Shown here: positions 28,346 through 37,162 of the stretch, piece after piece
Layout: every line of letters begins with the position of its first letter
Position numbering within the stretch: the stretch's first letter is position 1
Assembly (NCBI GenBank): GCA_041821265.1
Contig: JBGUEQ010000010.1
Coordinates: forward strand, 4,217 to 68,216
From: Lachnotalea sp.
GTDB lineage: Bacteria; Bacillota; Clostridia; Lachnospirales; Lachnospiraceae
Direction: 5' to 3'
DNA: 64,000 bases
The notes under the pieces: model-generated
Seen by the model: only the letters and a program-made list of their open reading frames with translations
Told to the model about the DNA's origin: nothing
The model's database searches: none
Program-made: the position numbers and the translations under genes

Positions 28346-29206
28346 CTACTTCAACCTTGGATCAATTGCATCACGCAAGCCATCCCCCAGCATATTAAGT
28401 GCATAAGTAGTACATATAATAGCAAGACCAGGAAAAATTGAAATATACCAATAATCTCTCAAATATGTTCTACCTTCTGAAATCATAAGACCCCATTCTG
28501 GAGTCGGTGCCTTTATCCCCAAACCAATGAAGCTCAACGACGCTGCGTATAAGATTACATTTCCAACCCCCAATGTGTATTGAACGATAAGCGGAGAAAT
28601 AGCATTCGGAAGGATATGCCGCACCAAAATACGTAAATCACTTGCTCCTAGCGAACGAGCGGCCTCTATAAACTCCTGTTCCTTTATTGTTAAAACCTGT
28701 GCTCGTGCTACTCTAGCGAAAGCCGGCACCGATGTTATAATCAGAGCAATCATCATATTTTTCATATTATTTCCTAGAGCAACAATTATGCTTATCGCCA
28801 GCATAAAATTGGGAATTCCCATGACAACATCAATAGTTCTCATTATCAAATTATCAACCTTATTAAAATATGCTGCAAAAGATCCAAGCATAATACCAAC
28901 TAGTGATGCAACTGAAATGAATCCTATACCAATGATTAGCGTATATCGACTGCCATAAAGGATACGACTAAAAATATCACGTCCAAAATTATCTGTCCCA
29001 AAAAGATGCTGAGTATTAGGAAATACAAATGTATCTTCATAGTTTTGAGCAGCATAATCATACGGGATAAGAAGTGGTGCAAGAATAGCAATAATAATAA
29101 CCAATAACATTGTGATCAAACCTATCACAGCCATACGATTACGTTTTAATCGTTTCCATATTTCGTATATAAGTGTTTTTTTTCTTTGTTTCTTACTCTT
29201 AAACAT
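28346..29206 (-). CDS. ABC transporter permease (OppC/DppC-like)
   Basis: Polytopic with an EAA-type loop (EAARSLGASDLRILVRHILPN). Start placed at ATG 29206 (MFKSKK..), overlapping the upstream permease stop. Confidence 0.88.
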   Translation of the reverse strand: MFKSKKQRKKTLIYEIWKRLKRNRMAVIGLITMLLVIIIAILAPLLIPYDYAAQNYEDTFVFPNTQHLFGTDNFGRDIFSRILYGSRYTLIIGIGFISVASLVGIMLGSFAAYFNKVDNLIMRTIDVVMGIPNFMLAISIIVALGNNMKNMMIALIITSVPAFARVARAQVLTIKEQEFIEAARSLGASDLRILVRHILPNAISPLIVQYTLGVGNVILYAASLSFIGLGIKAPTPEWGLMISEGRTYLRDYWYISIFPGLAIICTTYALNMLGDGLRDAIDPRLK

Positions 29207-30194
29207 TCTTGGACACCTTCTTTCCACCTATATCTAAAACATAAGACTTAGATCTCTTTTTTCCCTTAGAGATGTGCATAGTTTTGATACGCGGATCAAT
29301 GAAGAAATAAATGAGATCTATAACAAGATTAATAATAACACAATTTAAACCAATCCACAGCACAGCCCCCTGTATCGCCGGGTAATCCTTAAAACCAACG
29401 CTGTCAATAATGAATTTACCCAATCCAGGTAACGCAAAGACTGTTTCAACCAGTACTGAACCTGCAAGAAAAGTGCAGATTTGAATGCCGATGACGGTGA
29501 CTATCGGTACCATAGCATTACGAAATGCATGTCGAAACACAATAACAATCTCCGATTGACCTTTAGCCTTAGCTGTACGAATATAATCCTGTCGAATCAC
29601 CTCCAGCATACTAGAACGTGTCATTCGCATGATTGAAGCACTAGCCTGTAAACCCATCGTAAAGAGTGGCAATATCCAATGTAAAAAACTATAACTTCCA
29701 GTGGCAGGAAGCCATTTTAGTTTAACCGAAAAGAACAACACTAACAACATAGCTATCCAAAATGATGGTGCCGATGCACCAAATAGTGAAAAAGTTGTAG
29801 ATAATTTATCCAAGAACGAATACTGACGCACTGCGGAAATAATACCTGATAGAACACCAATAATAATTCCCAGAAAAACACTACCAAAGGTAAGTTTCAG
29901 TGTAGTAGGGTATCTATCCATAATTTCATCAATTACAGGGCGTTTACTGCGAAAAGAATCTCCCAAATCACCATGTAATAGTCCAGTAATATAATGACCC
30001 AATTGTATAAAATATGGATCATCCAATCCTAATTCATTATTTAATTGCGAAATTGCTTCAGGCGTGGCATTGTCACCTAACATTGAAATCGCCGGATTAC
30101 CTGGAGTGATATACATTAAACTAAATACGATTACAATAATTCCTAGTAATACCAGAATCATATATATTATTCTACTCAAAATATATTTTAACAT
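29199..30194 (-). CDS. ABC transporter permease (OppB/DppB-like)
   Basis: MLKYILSRIIYMILVLLG.. N-terminus and an EAA-type loop (RTAKAKGQSEIVIVFRHAFRNA). Confidence 0.88.
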   Translation of the reverse strand: MLKYILSRIIYMILVLLGIIVIVFSLMYITPGNPAISMLGDNATPEAISQLNNELGLDDPYFIQLGHYITGLLHGDLGDSFRSKRPVIDEIMDRYPTTLKLTFGSVFLGIIIGVLSGIISAVRQYSFLDKLSTTFSLFGASAPSFWIAMLLVLFFSVKLKWLPATGSYSFLHWILPLFTMGLQASASIMRMTRSSMLEVIRQDYIRTAKAKGQSEIVIVFRHAFRNAMVPIVTVIGIQICTFLAGSVLVETVFALPGLGKFIIDSVGFKDYPAIQGAVLWIGLNCVIINLVIDLIYFFIDPRIKTMHISKGKKRSKSYVLDIGGKKVSKNV

Positions 30195-30419
30195 TTGCTT
30201 ACTCCTTATATACTTAGAAATGCAGGTGTTTATAACTTACCATAGCTTACTAATGCACGAAACTATTTTAATCTGAAAATATAACCAATCACCGACTTTT
30301 CTAAAGCTTTTATTACATTCTAGGAGTATATTATTAATATCATGAAAACTTAAACTCCACAAATAATGAAAAAGCTCTATAAAAGTATGCTTGGGTCCTG
30401 TTAGCACTAGACAATTGAT

Positions 30420-31970
30420 TTATTCAAAATAAACAGATTGTAAATAATGGTTTTCATAAGTTGGCATCAAGTTAAATCCTTGAACGTCTTTTTTTATTGC
30501 AGCATTGATTTCTTTGTGCCATATCGGCAATGCTATTTTGTCTTTCATAATCATTACCTGTAACTCTTTGTATAATTCGAGACGCGCTTGCTCATCAATC
30601 GTTCCCAGTGCCTTTTGGCATTGACTCGTATATTCATCAGATTCCCAGTTAAAAATTTTATTTGTTGAGCTATCAGGCAACCAACGCATTAAAACACTTC
30701 CTGCTTCCCCGGTACTAGCAGTAAATCCAAATATAGATAACTCACTCTCACCTGCAAACAGACTGGAAATCCATGTATTCATCTCCATGAAATCAAGTTC
30801 AAGTGTGATACCAACTTCTGCTAACTGGGATTGAAACGATTGTGCAACATCCATGCGTTGCTGATTGGAATTTTCACAGGAAACATGCAAAGTCAAACCA
30901 TCTGTATACCCTGCCTCAGCAAGTAATTCCTTGGCTTTATTAACATCTCTCTTTGGAAAGTATGTACTTAGTTCTTCATTACGACCTTCAACACCAGGTG
31001 AGACAAACCCGTTTGCAATATTTCCATAATCACCATAAGCCACCTCTATTGTATTAGGTACATCAACTGCATACCAAATAGCTTCACGTACCAACGGATT
31101 ATCCAACGGCTCTTTGGCAATATTGAAACAAAGATAACTGGTATTATAGCCCATAGCGGTAACTAAGTTTATATTCGGATTATCTCTTACTCGATCCACG
31201 TCATTTGCATTAATATCATATACAATATCTGCTCCGCCAGATTCGGCTTCAATTGCACGGCTGGAACTGTCGGTAATAATCCGGAATTCTACGTTCTTTA
31301 TTTTCGGTTCATCTTTAATCCAATAGTTTTCATTAGCTGTCAATTCAACTCGGTCACCTGTATTATAACTCACAAATTTATAAGGACCTGTACCGATTGG
31401 AGCTATATTAAAATCACCATTTGATTCGTTATAAGCTTTTTCACTTATTATGCTGATCTTTGGGCTTTCCAGCATTGGCAACTGAAGTGCAGAAGGTTCT
31501 GTAGTTACTATCTGGAGCGTATAGTCGTCGATTACTTTGGAAGCAGTAAGATCTATAAAAGGAATCTGATTTTTACCTGTCATATTGTCATCAAATACTC
31601 TCTTAAATGAAAATAGTACATCGCTAGCTTTTAATTCCTCGCCGTTATGAAATAACACACCTTTTCTAATATGGAAAATAATCGTCTTATCATCTTGGTA
31701 CTCCCAGCTTTCAGCGAGGCATGGACTTAAGTTACCATCAGCATCACGTACCACTAACGTTTCGTAAATCTGACGGGTAACTTGATGATGCGCGAAGTCA
31801 TCAGTATCATTTGGATCCATCGATCCTGGGTCATTGTTAATAACTACTGTTAAAGTATCTTTTTTTTGCTCATTATTTTTTCCTTCAATATCATTTTTAT
31901 TACAACCGGAAATACTCAAAACAAAAACACCCATCATTAAAACAGCGCAAATCCGTAACATTTTTTTCAT
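30420..31970 (-). CDS. Family-5 (peptide/nickel/opine-type) ABC substrate-binding lipoprotein
   Basis: Lipobox LSISGC. About 515-aa SBP_bac_5-like architecture. Start set at ATG 31970 (MKKMLRI..) after AGAGG. Confidence 0.85.
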   Translation of the reverse strand: MKKMLRICAVLMMGVFVLSISGCNKNDIEGKNNEQKKDTLTVVINNDPGSMDPNDTDDFAHHQVTRQIYETLVVRDADGNLSPCLAESWEYQDDKTIIFHIRKGVLFHNGEELKASDVLFSFKRVFDDNMTGKNQIPFIDLTASKVIDDYTLQIVTTEPSALQLPMLESPKISIISEKAYNESNGDFNIAPIGTGPYKFVSYNTGDRVELTANENYWIKDEPKIKNVEFRIITDSSSRAIEAESGGADIVYDINANDVDRVRDNPNINLVTAMGYNTSYLCFNIAKEPLDNPLVREAIWYAVDVPNTIEVAYGDYGNIANGFVSPGVEGRNEELSTYFPKRDVNKAKELLAEAGYTDGLTLHVSCENSNQQRMDVAQSFQSQLAEVGITLELDFMEMNTWISSLFAGESELSIFGFTASTGEAGSVLMRWLPDSSTNKIFNWESDEYTSQCQKALGTIDEQARLELYKELQVMIMKDKIALPIWHKEINAAIKKDVQGFNLMPTYENHYLQSVYFE

Positions 31971-32131
31971 AATTACTACCTCTTCTTTCATTTTTTATTT
32001 TTTTAACTGTTAACATATTTAATATTGCTTAAATATTCTTCATCATTAGTTCAAAATACTTATTCCACCTGATGTGTTTAATTACATATTGCTTGTAATC
32101 TTGTTTAATTCTTAAAACTAACTTACTCAAC

Positions 32132-32587
32132 TCAGACTTCGATGATAGCTTCAATTTCAACAGGAGCGTCCATTGGTAGCTGATTTGTACCTATTGCAGT
32201 ACGGGCATGTCGGCCACTTTGTCCAAAAATATCGATTAATAGCTGAGAAGCTGCGTTGATGACTATGTGTTGCTGCTCAAATCCCACTTCACTACTGACA
32301 AATGCCTGTAACTTAACAATACTCTTCACCTTTGCCAAATCTCCCAAATAAAACTTTAATGCAGCGAGCATATTAATGATGCAAACACGAGCTGCTTCTT
32401 CTGCTTCCTCAAGCGACAAATCTTTCCCAACCTTACCAGTATATAGTAATTTCCCATCCTTAAATGGAATCTGACCTGATACATAAAGTGCATTTCCGAG
32501 CTGCCTTACTGGGATGAATAAGCTTCCTGTTTTAGACGTTTCTGGGAGGACAATTCCCATTTTTTCAATTTTCTTTTCAATATTCAC
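32132..32587 (-). CDS. RidA/YjgF-family (reactive enamine/imine deaminase family) protein, 151 aa
   Basis: YVSGQIP, ARTAIG and LPMDAPVEIEAI motifs typical of the family. Confidence 0.8.
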   Translation of the reverse strand: MNIEKKIEKMGIVLPETSKTGSLFIPVRQLGNALYVSGQIPFKDGKLLYTGKVGKDLSLEEAEEAARVCIINMLAALKFYLGDLAKVKSIVKLQAFVSSEVGFEQQHIVINAASQLLIDIFGQSGRHARTAIGTNQLPMDAPVEIEAIIEV

Positions 32588-32697
32588 ACTAATCTCCTTT
32601 TTTATATATTCATAATTTTAATTAATACCGTATAATCTGCCAGTAAACTCGCCTATTTCTCTAATTGCCACCACGCCTTGAAATACAGACTTGATTT

Positions 32698-33378
32698 TTA
32701 TTTAGTGTTCAACACTTCAATAATCTCTTCTACTCGTTCGTCGCTAATACTAAGTTTTTGAGTGGTGGCCACCCACAAAGAATCATAGTTTACCCTATCA
32801 ATAACAGATTTCAATTCTTTTACTTTTTCGTCAGAATCATTATAGCCTTTGAGAAGGAATATTCGTAGTTTTAACTTCCCCTTATACTGCTTACTGAAAG
32901 TCACAAGACTTTCTATTTGTTTCGCAGCAGTTAAGTCCATTTCTTCTAGCGGACGATGAATCTTTTTGAAATCCGCCTCATTTGTAAGGCCAATTGCCGC
33001 AACTACCTCTTCACACATACTCGCCAATCGCATATGCTCTCCAATCCCAACCAAATAGCTATTTGTAAGTATGCGAACTGGCAGACCATGATTGTGAATG
33101 CAATCGATAACTGCCCCCAAATTTGTGTTGGTTAAAACATCGCCTTGTCCATACACCTCAACCAATTCCGGATTTTCTTGGACAATTTTTTCACCGAGAT
33201 ACTTCAATGAATCCTCAACTGGACCAAAATCATGCCACTCGCCCATATACATAGTTTTTTTGTGATTGCACATTACGCAGTTAAAAATACAAGCTTTCTG
33301 CGGATTTATATCAACCCGTAGTATCTTTCCTTCATCCACTTTAATAAATTCATCCTGTTTGTAATTAAAATAATTCAT
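32698..33378 (-). CDS. Small radical SAM protein (226 aa), function unknown
   Basis: CxxxCxxC cluster motif CIFNCVMC near the N-terminus. No SPASM-type or other auxiliary Cys cluster seen. First gene of the operon. RBS AGGAGG. Confidence 0.75.
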   Translation of the reverse strand: MNYFNYKQDEFIKVDEGKILRVDINPQKACIFNCVMCNHKKTMYMGEWHDFGPVEDSLKYLGEKIVQENPELVEVYGQGDVLTNTNLGAVIDCIHNHGLPVRILTNSYLVGIGEHMRLASMCEEVVAAIGLTNEADFKKIHRPLEEMDLTAAKQIESLVTFSKQYKGKLKLRIFLLKGYNDSDEKVKELKSVIDRVNYDSLWVATTQKLSISDERVEEIIEVLNTK

Positions 33379-33435
33379 TTTTTCCTCCTGGTCTTGTGTA
33401 TTTAGTCATATCATTATCCTAACTTAAAATAAAAA

Positions 33436-33478
33436 AACAAAGGCATCCATTATATTTCTAATGAATAACGCCTTTGTT
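33436..33478 (-). terminator. Intrinsic-terminator-like hairpin in the 5' leader of the radical SAM operon (possible attenuator)
   Basis: Minus strand: AACAAAGGC..(inner CATTA/TAATG stem)..GCCTTTGTT followed by TTTTTTTATTTT (33435-33424). It lies about 40-55 nt upstream of the RBS/ATG at 33378. Confidence 0.55.
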
Positions 33479-33515
33479 ATTTTAAATTGGACCTATTAAT
33501 TTGTAATAATTAAGT

Positions 33516-33550
33516 GATTCAGATTTTGATTTGATAGAAAACTCTGAATC
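33516..33550 (-). other. 12-bp bulged hairpin in the same leader
   Basis: GATTCAGATTTT / AAAA(C)TCTGAATC with a 10-nt loop, between the repeat array and the leader terminator. Confidence 0.4.
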
Positions 33551-33577
33551 GTATCATAATTTACATCAACAAGTAGA

Positions 33578-33625
33578 TTGATATATTGATATATTGATAC
33601 GTTGATATGTTGATATGTTGATATA
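33578..33625. repeat. Tandem array of 6 x 8 bp: invariant TTGATA plus a variable dinucleotide
   Basis: Units are TTGATATA, TTGATATA, TTGATACG, TTGATATG, TTGATATG, TTGATATA. All variation falls in positions 7-8. Confidence 0.9.
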
Positions 33626-33645
33626 TCATTTATTTATTTTTTTTT

Positions 33646-33674
33646 ATAATATCATATTATAATTTGAATATCAA
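33646..33674 (-). promoter_or_regulatory. Possible sigma-A promoter of the radical SAM operon (TTGATA-17 nt-TATTAT)
   Basis: Minus strand: -35 at 33674-33669 and -10 at 33651-33646. This would put the repeat array in the transcribed leader. Confidence 0.35.
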
Positions 33675-33768
33675 GTCATAAACTCATTTTTTTATCCTTA
33701 TTGGTTACAGTTCGTTACTATTCACAGCCCTGATAAGTAATATAACGTTAGGACAAACGCAACAATTT

Positions 33769-33833
33769 AAATAGTAAATAGTAAATCTCTAGTTTTCATT
33801 AGTGTTTCAAACAATTTTGAGAGCTAGAGATTT
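33769..33833. other. 2.5 x AAATAGT tandem heptamer running into a 10-bp stem (AAATCTCTAG/CTAGAGATTT) with a 31-nt loop
   Basis: Read directly. Lies in the non-coding gap between two operons. The loop contains an inner TCAAA/TTTGA stem. Confidence 0.4.
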
Positions 33834-33916
33834 TTTGAAATATTTTAGCGGTCAACGACTAAATGCTATCGTTATTGCCCTTCACCTGAAATAAACTAAT
33901 TAACTTACACCCAAAA

Positions 33917-33947
33917 CAGAGACAGGAAATATGATTTCCTGTCTCTG
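33917..33947 (-). terminator. 14-bp perfect hairpin terminator for the upstream sugar-catabolism operon
   Basis: CAGAGACAGGAAAT-ATG-ATTTCCTGTCTCTG, followed on the minus strand by TTTTGGGTG. About 190 nt downstream of the dehydrogenase stop. Confidence 0.7.
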
Positions 33948-34140
33948 AAAAATATACTTTAACTCTACTCATCTTATCTTATTTATTCGAAAACGAGTTA
34001 TAAATAGTTTCGAACGAGTTCTTTGTATATTGTTAAAACTGATAAAATATCTACTTGATAAAACAAATACTTATAACTTAATAAGCCAGTTACTTGGAGC
34101 TTAATATAAGGTTCTTGGGACAATTCAAATGTTGACAATA

Positions 34141-35262
34141 TTATACTATCATTGCTATTTTGAGTCCATCCATTCGAATATTCGTTTCCATTGCCTCATT
34201 CAGTTCTTCTAATTTAAACTTATGTGTTATCAGCTTTTGAATCGGAAGTCCCCTCAGCTGAGCTTCTTTTAGGAATTCACAAGCCTGCATCCAGTCTTTT
34301 GATTGGTACGTCCATGAACCGGTAACCTTAATTTCTTTATTACAGATATCCAAATGTGGATTGTATGTAGCATCACCATTATTAACAAAGAAACCTAATT
34401 CACACAAAGAACCGCCCCTTCTTACGTATTGCCATAAAGTAGTTGCCGCTTTGGGTGAACCGGTACATTGAAATACCATTTCAGCTCCCAATCCTTCTGT
34501 TACTGCTTTCACTGCTGCAACCGCTTCGTCCTGTGTTTTAAAATCAGTAAAATTAATAATTTCACTTGCTCCCAGATCTTTAGCCATATTTAATCTTTTT
34601 ACGTCGCCGTCAACAGCAATAATATTTCTAACTCCCATCGTACGAACTAGGGTTAACAGTAATAAACCAATAGGCCCGCACCCCTGCACCAATACATAAG
34701 AATCATGTTTAAAGTTGAATATCTCTTTTGCTTTTTCAACTGCATGTACTATAACAGCAGATGGTTCAATTAATAACCTTAAATCAAGATCTTCCATATC
34801 GCTAACATTAAAAATAACACCACCAGCATTTATTTTAATATATTCACCAAACCAACCATTAAAAAAATGTTTTTCTCCAGGTAAGAGACCAAATATTTCT
34901 CCCTCCTCACAGAGATGTATCTTTTCCGGATGCTTTGTACACGTATTACATACACCGCAAGGTTTTAAACCGGTAACTATTTTATCTCCAATTTGAAGGG
35001 ATTTACCTGAATAATCACTTGATATGTTCTTACCAATTTTTACAATTGTCCCTGTGCCTTCATGTCCTAATTGTACAGGAATATAACCAAAAGGATCCCC
35101 TTTATATTCATGAACATCTGTACCACAGATTCCACACCCTTCCACCTTCACTAAGACTTCATCATCATTAATTTCCGGAATAGGTAACTCTTTTACTTCT
35201 AGTTTTTTTTCACTCATTAATATAGATATTTTTGCTGTTTTGGGAATTTCATAATTATTCAT
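34141..35262 (-). CDS. Zinc-dependent medium-chain dehydrogenase (sorbitol / polyol-phosphate dehydrogenase-like)
   Basis: CGICGTDVHEY, GHEGTGTIVKIG, a structural-Zn Cys cluster (CGVCNTCTKHPEKIHLC) and the Rossmann motif GCGPIG. Confidence 0.85.
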   Translation of the reverse strand: MNNYEIPKTAKISILMSEKKLEVKELPIPEINDDEVLVKVEGCGICGTDVHEYKGDPFGYIPVQLGHEGTGTIVKIGKNISSDYSGKSLQIGDKIVTGLKPCGVCNTCTKHPEKIHLCEEGEIFGLLPGEKHFFNGWFGEYIKINAGGVIFNVSDMEDLDLRLLIEPSAVIVHAVEKAKEIFNFKHDSYVLVQGCGPIGLLLLTLVRTMGVRNIIAVDGDVKRLNMAKDLGASEIINFTDFKTQDEAVAAVKAVTEGLGAEMVFQCTGSPKAATTLWQYVRRGGSLCELGFFVNNGDATYNPHLDICNKEIKVTGSWTYQSKDWMQACEFLKEAQLRGLPIQKLITHKFKLEELNEAMETNIRMDGLKIAMIV

Positions 35263-35275
35263 TTTTTATCCTCCT

Positions 35276-36127
35276 TTATGAAAATATTTTCAATGCACTT
35301 TTTACATTTTCTTTCATAGCATTACTTCCCCAAAGTACGATATCATGATAATAAACCACATTATCCGACTTTTCTTTTACTTTTGAAACCACTGCTTCTC
35401 CGCCTGCTTTCGCCATATATGTATAGTAGTTGATTTTTCTAACACCTTTATTAATAGCTATTTTATAATCTTCTTCACTAACACCTGACCCTCCATGCAT
35501 TACAAGAGGAATGTTCACTTTTTCTTTTACTCTATCTAATACACTCATATCTAACTTTGGCTTTTTTAGATATATGCCATGTGCCGTTCCAAAAGAGCAA
35601 GCCAAAGCATCAATCCCGGTTTCCTCCACAAATCGTTTTGCGTCATCCGGGTCCGTATATACTTCCTTTGGTGCCTCTTCATTATCTTCATGTCCGGCTC
35701 CTAATTCACGTTTTCCCAGTACACCAATTTCTGCTTCCACAGATGCTCCAGTTTTTTTAGCTATTTCCACAGCGATACAGGTATTTGCTACATTTTCACC
35801 ATATGAAAGTGTAGAACCATCGTACATAATGGAAGTGAATCCCAAATTCACAGCCGCCTGTAAATAACTTAAGGTTACACCATGGTCCAAGTGTACACAG
35901 ACCGGCACCTTGGCTTTCTTTGCCATTTCTACCATGATTGGTCCAATTACTGATAATGGCATAAGATCTTCGTGCACTTCTGCATGCATAATAATAACTG
36001 GTACGTTCAACTCTTCAGCAGCCCCTATTACTGACATAACCGATTCTAAATTTGGTGTATTAAAGGATCCAACTGCACTTTTTTTTGCTTCCGCAATTTG
36101 TAATATTTCTTTTAATGTAACTAACAT
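35276..36127 (-). CDS. Class II ketose-bisphosphate aldolase (FBA/tagatose-bisphosphate aldolase family)
   Basis: HLDHG and MHGGSG motifs. 283 aa with a TIM-barrel class II aldolase layout. Confidence 0.85.
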   Translation of the reverse strand: MLVTLKEILQIAEAKKSAVGSFNTPNLESVMSVIGAAEELNVPVIIMHAEVHEDLMPLSVIGPIMVEMAKKAKVPVCVHLDHGVTLSYLQAAVNLGFTSIMYDGSTLSYGENVANTCIAVEIAKKTGASVEAEIGVLGKRELGAGHEDNEEAPKEVYTDPDDAKRFVEETGIDALACSFGTAHGIYLKKPKLDMSVLDRVKEKVNIPLVMHGGSGVSEEDYKIAINKGVRKINYYTYMAKAGGEAVVSKVKEKSDNVVYYHDIVLWGSNAMKENVKSALKIFS

Positions 36128-36142
36128 ATTTCTACCTCCATT

Positions 36143-37150
36143 TTATTTATTTTTTATTATATTCCATGCATCCAAACCTTGAAGCATTTCTACGGAAACG
36201 GAATAGCAAACCGTTTCTTCTGGTTTAATAAATTTTAACCTGCCATCTTCACGCATCTTATGTCTTCCGTCGGGATGACAGTTTCCGGGTTCTAGTCCCA
36301 ATACATAATCCCGTTCACCCATCATCTTCCATTCCACAAAATAATCCAAAGAATTCTTATCGAAACGTATTACCAGTCCTTTATCTATTTCCGGATTATA
36401 AATGGCGGCTATACTTTCGTTATCAAACTCATGGAAATAGCACTGTTCTTCAAAGCCTAGAGTTGGCGGACATATTTTGTTCCATTCTTTTATTCCATCC
36501 TGAGCATGCGAATTACGAGCAATTACCCGGTCAGAAGGAATATGGACGATCGATTGTTCCGAAAGAAACGGATATCCAATGTTCATATGGTACAATATCA
36601 TTAAAGGCATAGTTTCATTGCCTTGATTTGTAATGGAGTCCCGAATTACTATTTTATTTTCGCTTTTTGAACACTGGATGTTTCTATTCATTACAAGTTT
36701 TCTTGCGAAAATACCAGAATCATTTATTTTAGCATTTATTTGAATCATATCTTCATCCATATCCCAATAAATATGTTCTGCCGGTGTATTGCCAATTGTT
36801 CCATGAAGAGGAAGTTCTTCGCCCATATCCATGCATGGAGAACCCACAGCCGTCAAACCACAGGTTGTTAAAAACCCGGCTGTAAAAGACTTTAAAAATC
36901 CAACACCTTTTTCTTCATAATAGGACGGTGCTACGTACCCATTGGATGAAAAATAACCGCAATTGTCACCTTTAAAACTTAACCTTGAAATATCTGCGCA
37001 ACGGTCCGCTGATACAGTGAACTCCAATCCCAAACCATTTTTAACTTGTAGAAGGCGCATACCATCGCCTTTTCCTCCGATTAAGCGATGCTCTTCTACA
37101 CCGCAGATTTGTGATTCATGACCAATATATTTATAATGTTTCATTCTCAT
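36143..37150 (-). CDS. Aldose-1-epimerase-like (DUF4432-type, galactose-mutarotase fold) protein
   Basis: 335 aa. Assigned from memory of DUF4432 proteins (..GLEFTVSADRCADISRLSFKG.., ..LPLHGTIGNTPAE..). Motif-level only. Confidence 0.55.
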   Translation of the reverse strand: MRMKHYKYIGHESQICGVEEHRLIGGKGDGMRLLQVKNGLGLEFTVSADRCADISRLSFKGDNCGYFSSNGYVAPSYYEEKGVGFLKSFTAGFLTTCGLTAVGSPCMDMGEELPLHGTIGNTPAEHIYWDMDEDMIQINAKINDSGIFARKLVMNRNIQCSKSENKIVIRDSITNQGNETMPLMILYHMNIGYPFLSEQSIVHIPSDRVIARNSHAQDGIKEWNKICPPTLGFEEQCYFHEFDNESIAAIYNPEIDKGLVIRFDKNSLDYFVEWKMMGERDYVLGLEPGNCHPDGRHKMREDGRLKFIKPEETVCYSVSVEMLQGLDAWNIIKNK

Positions 37151-37162
37151 CCTCCGTTCAGG

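Noticed and set aside
33578-33625. Could the 8-bp repeat array be a CRISPR-like or minisatellite element?
   Set aside because: The units are contiguous 8-mers with no spacers and no cas genes, so it is not CRISPR. Simple slippage is disfavoured because variation is confined to two positions.
33561-33629. 22-codon ORF reading through the repeat array on the minus strand (MIYQHINISTYQYINISIYLLM), considered as a possible leader peptide or RiPP precursor for the radical SAM enzyme.
   Set aside because: No Shine-Dalgarno sequence (it is preceded by an A/T run only). The composition is dictated by the repeat. No other RBS-preceded small ORF was found in 33379-34140.
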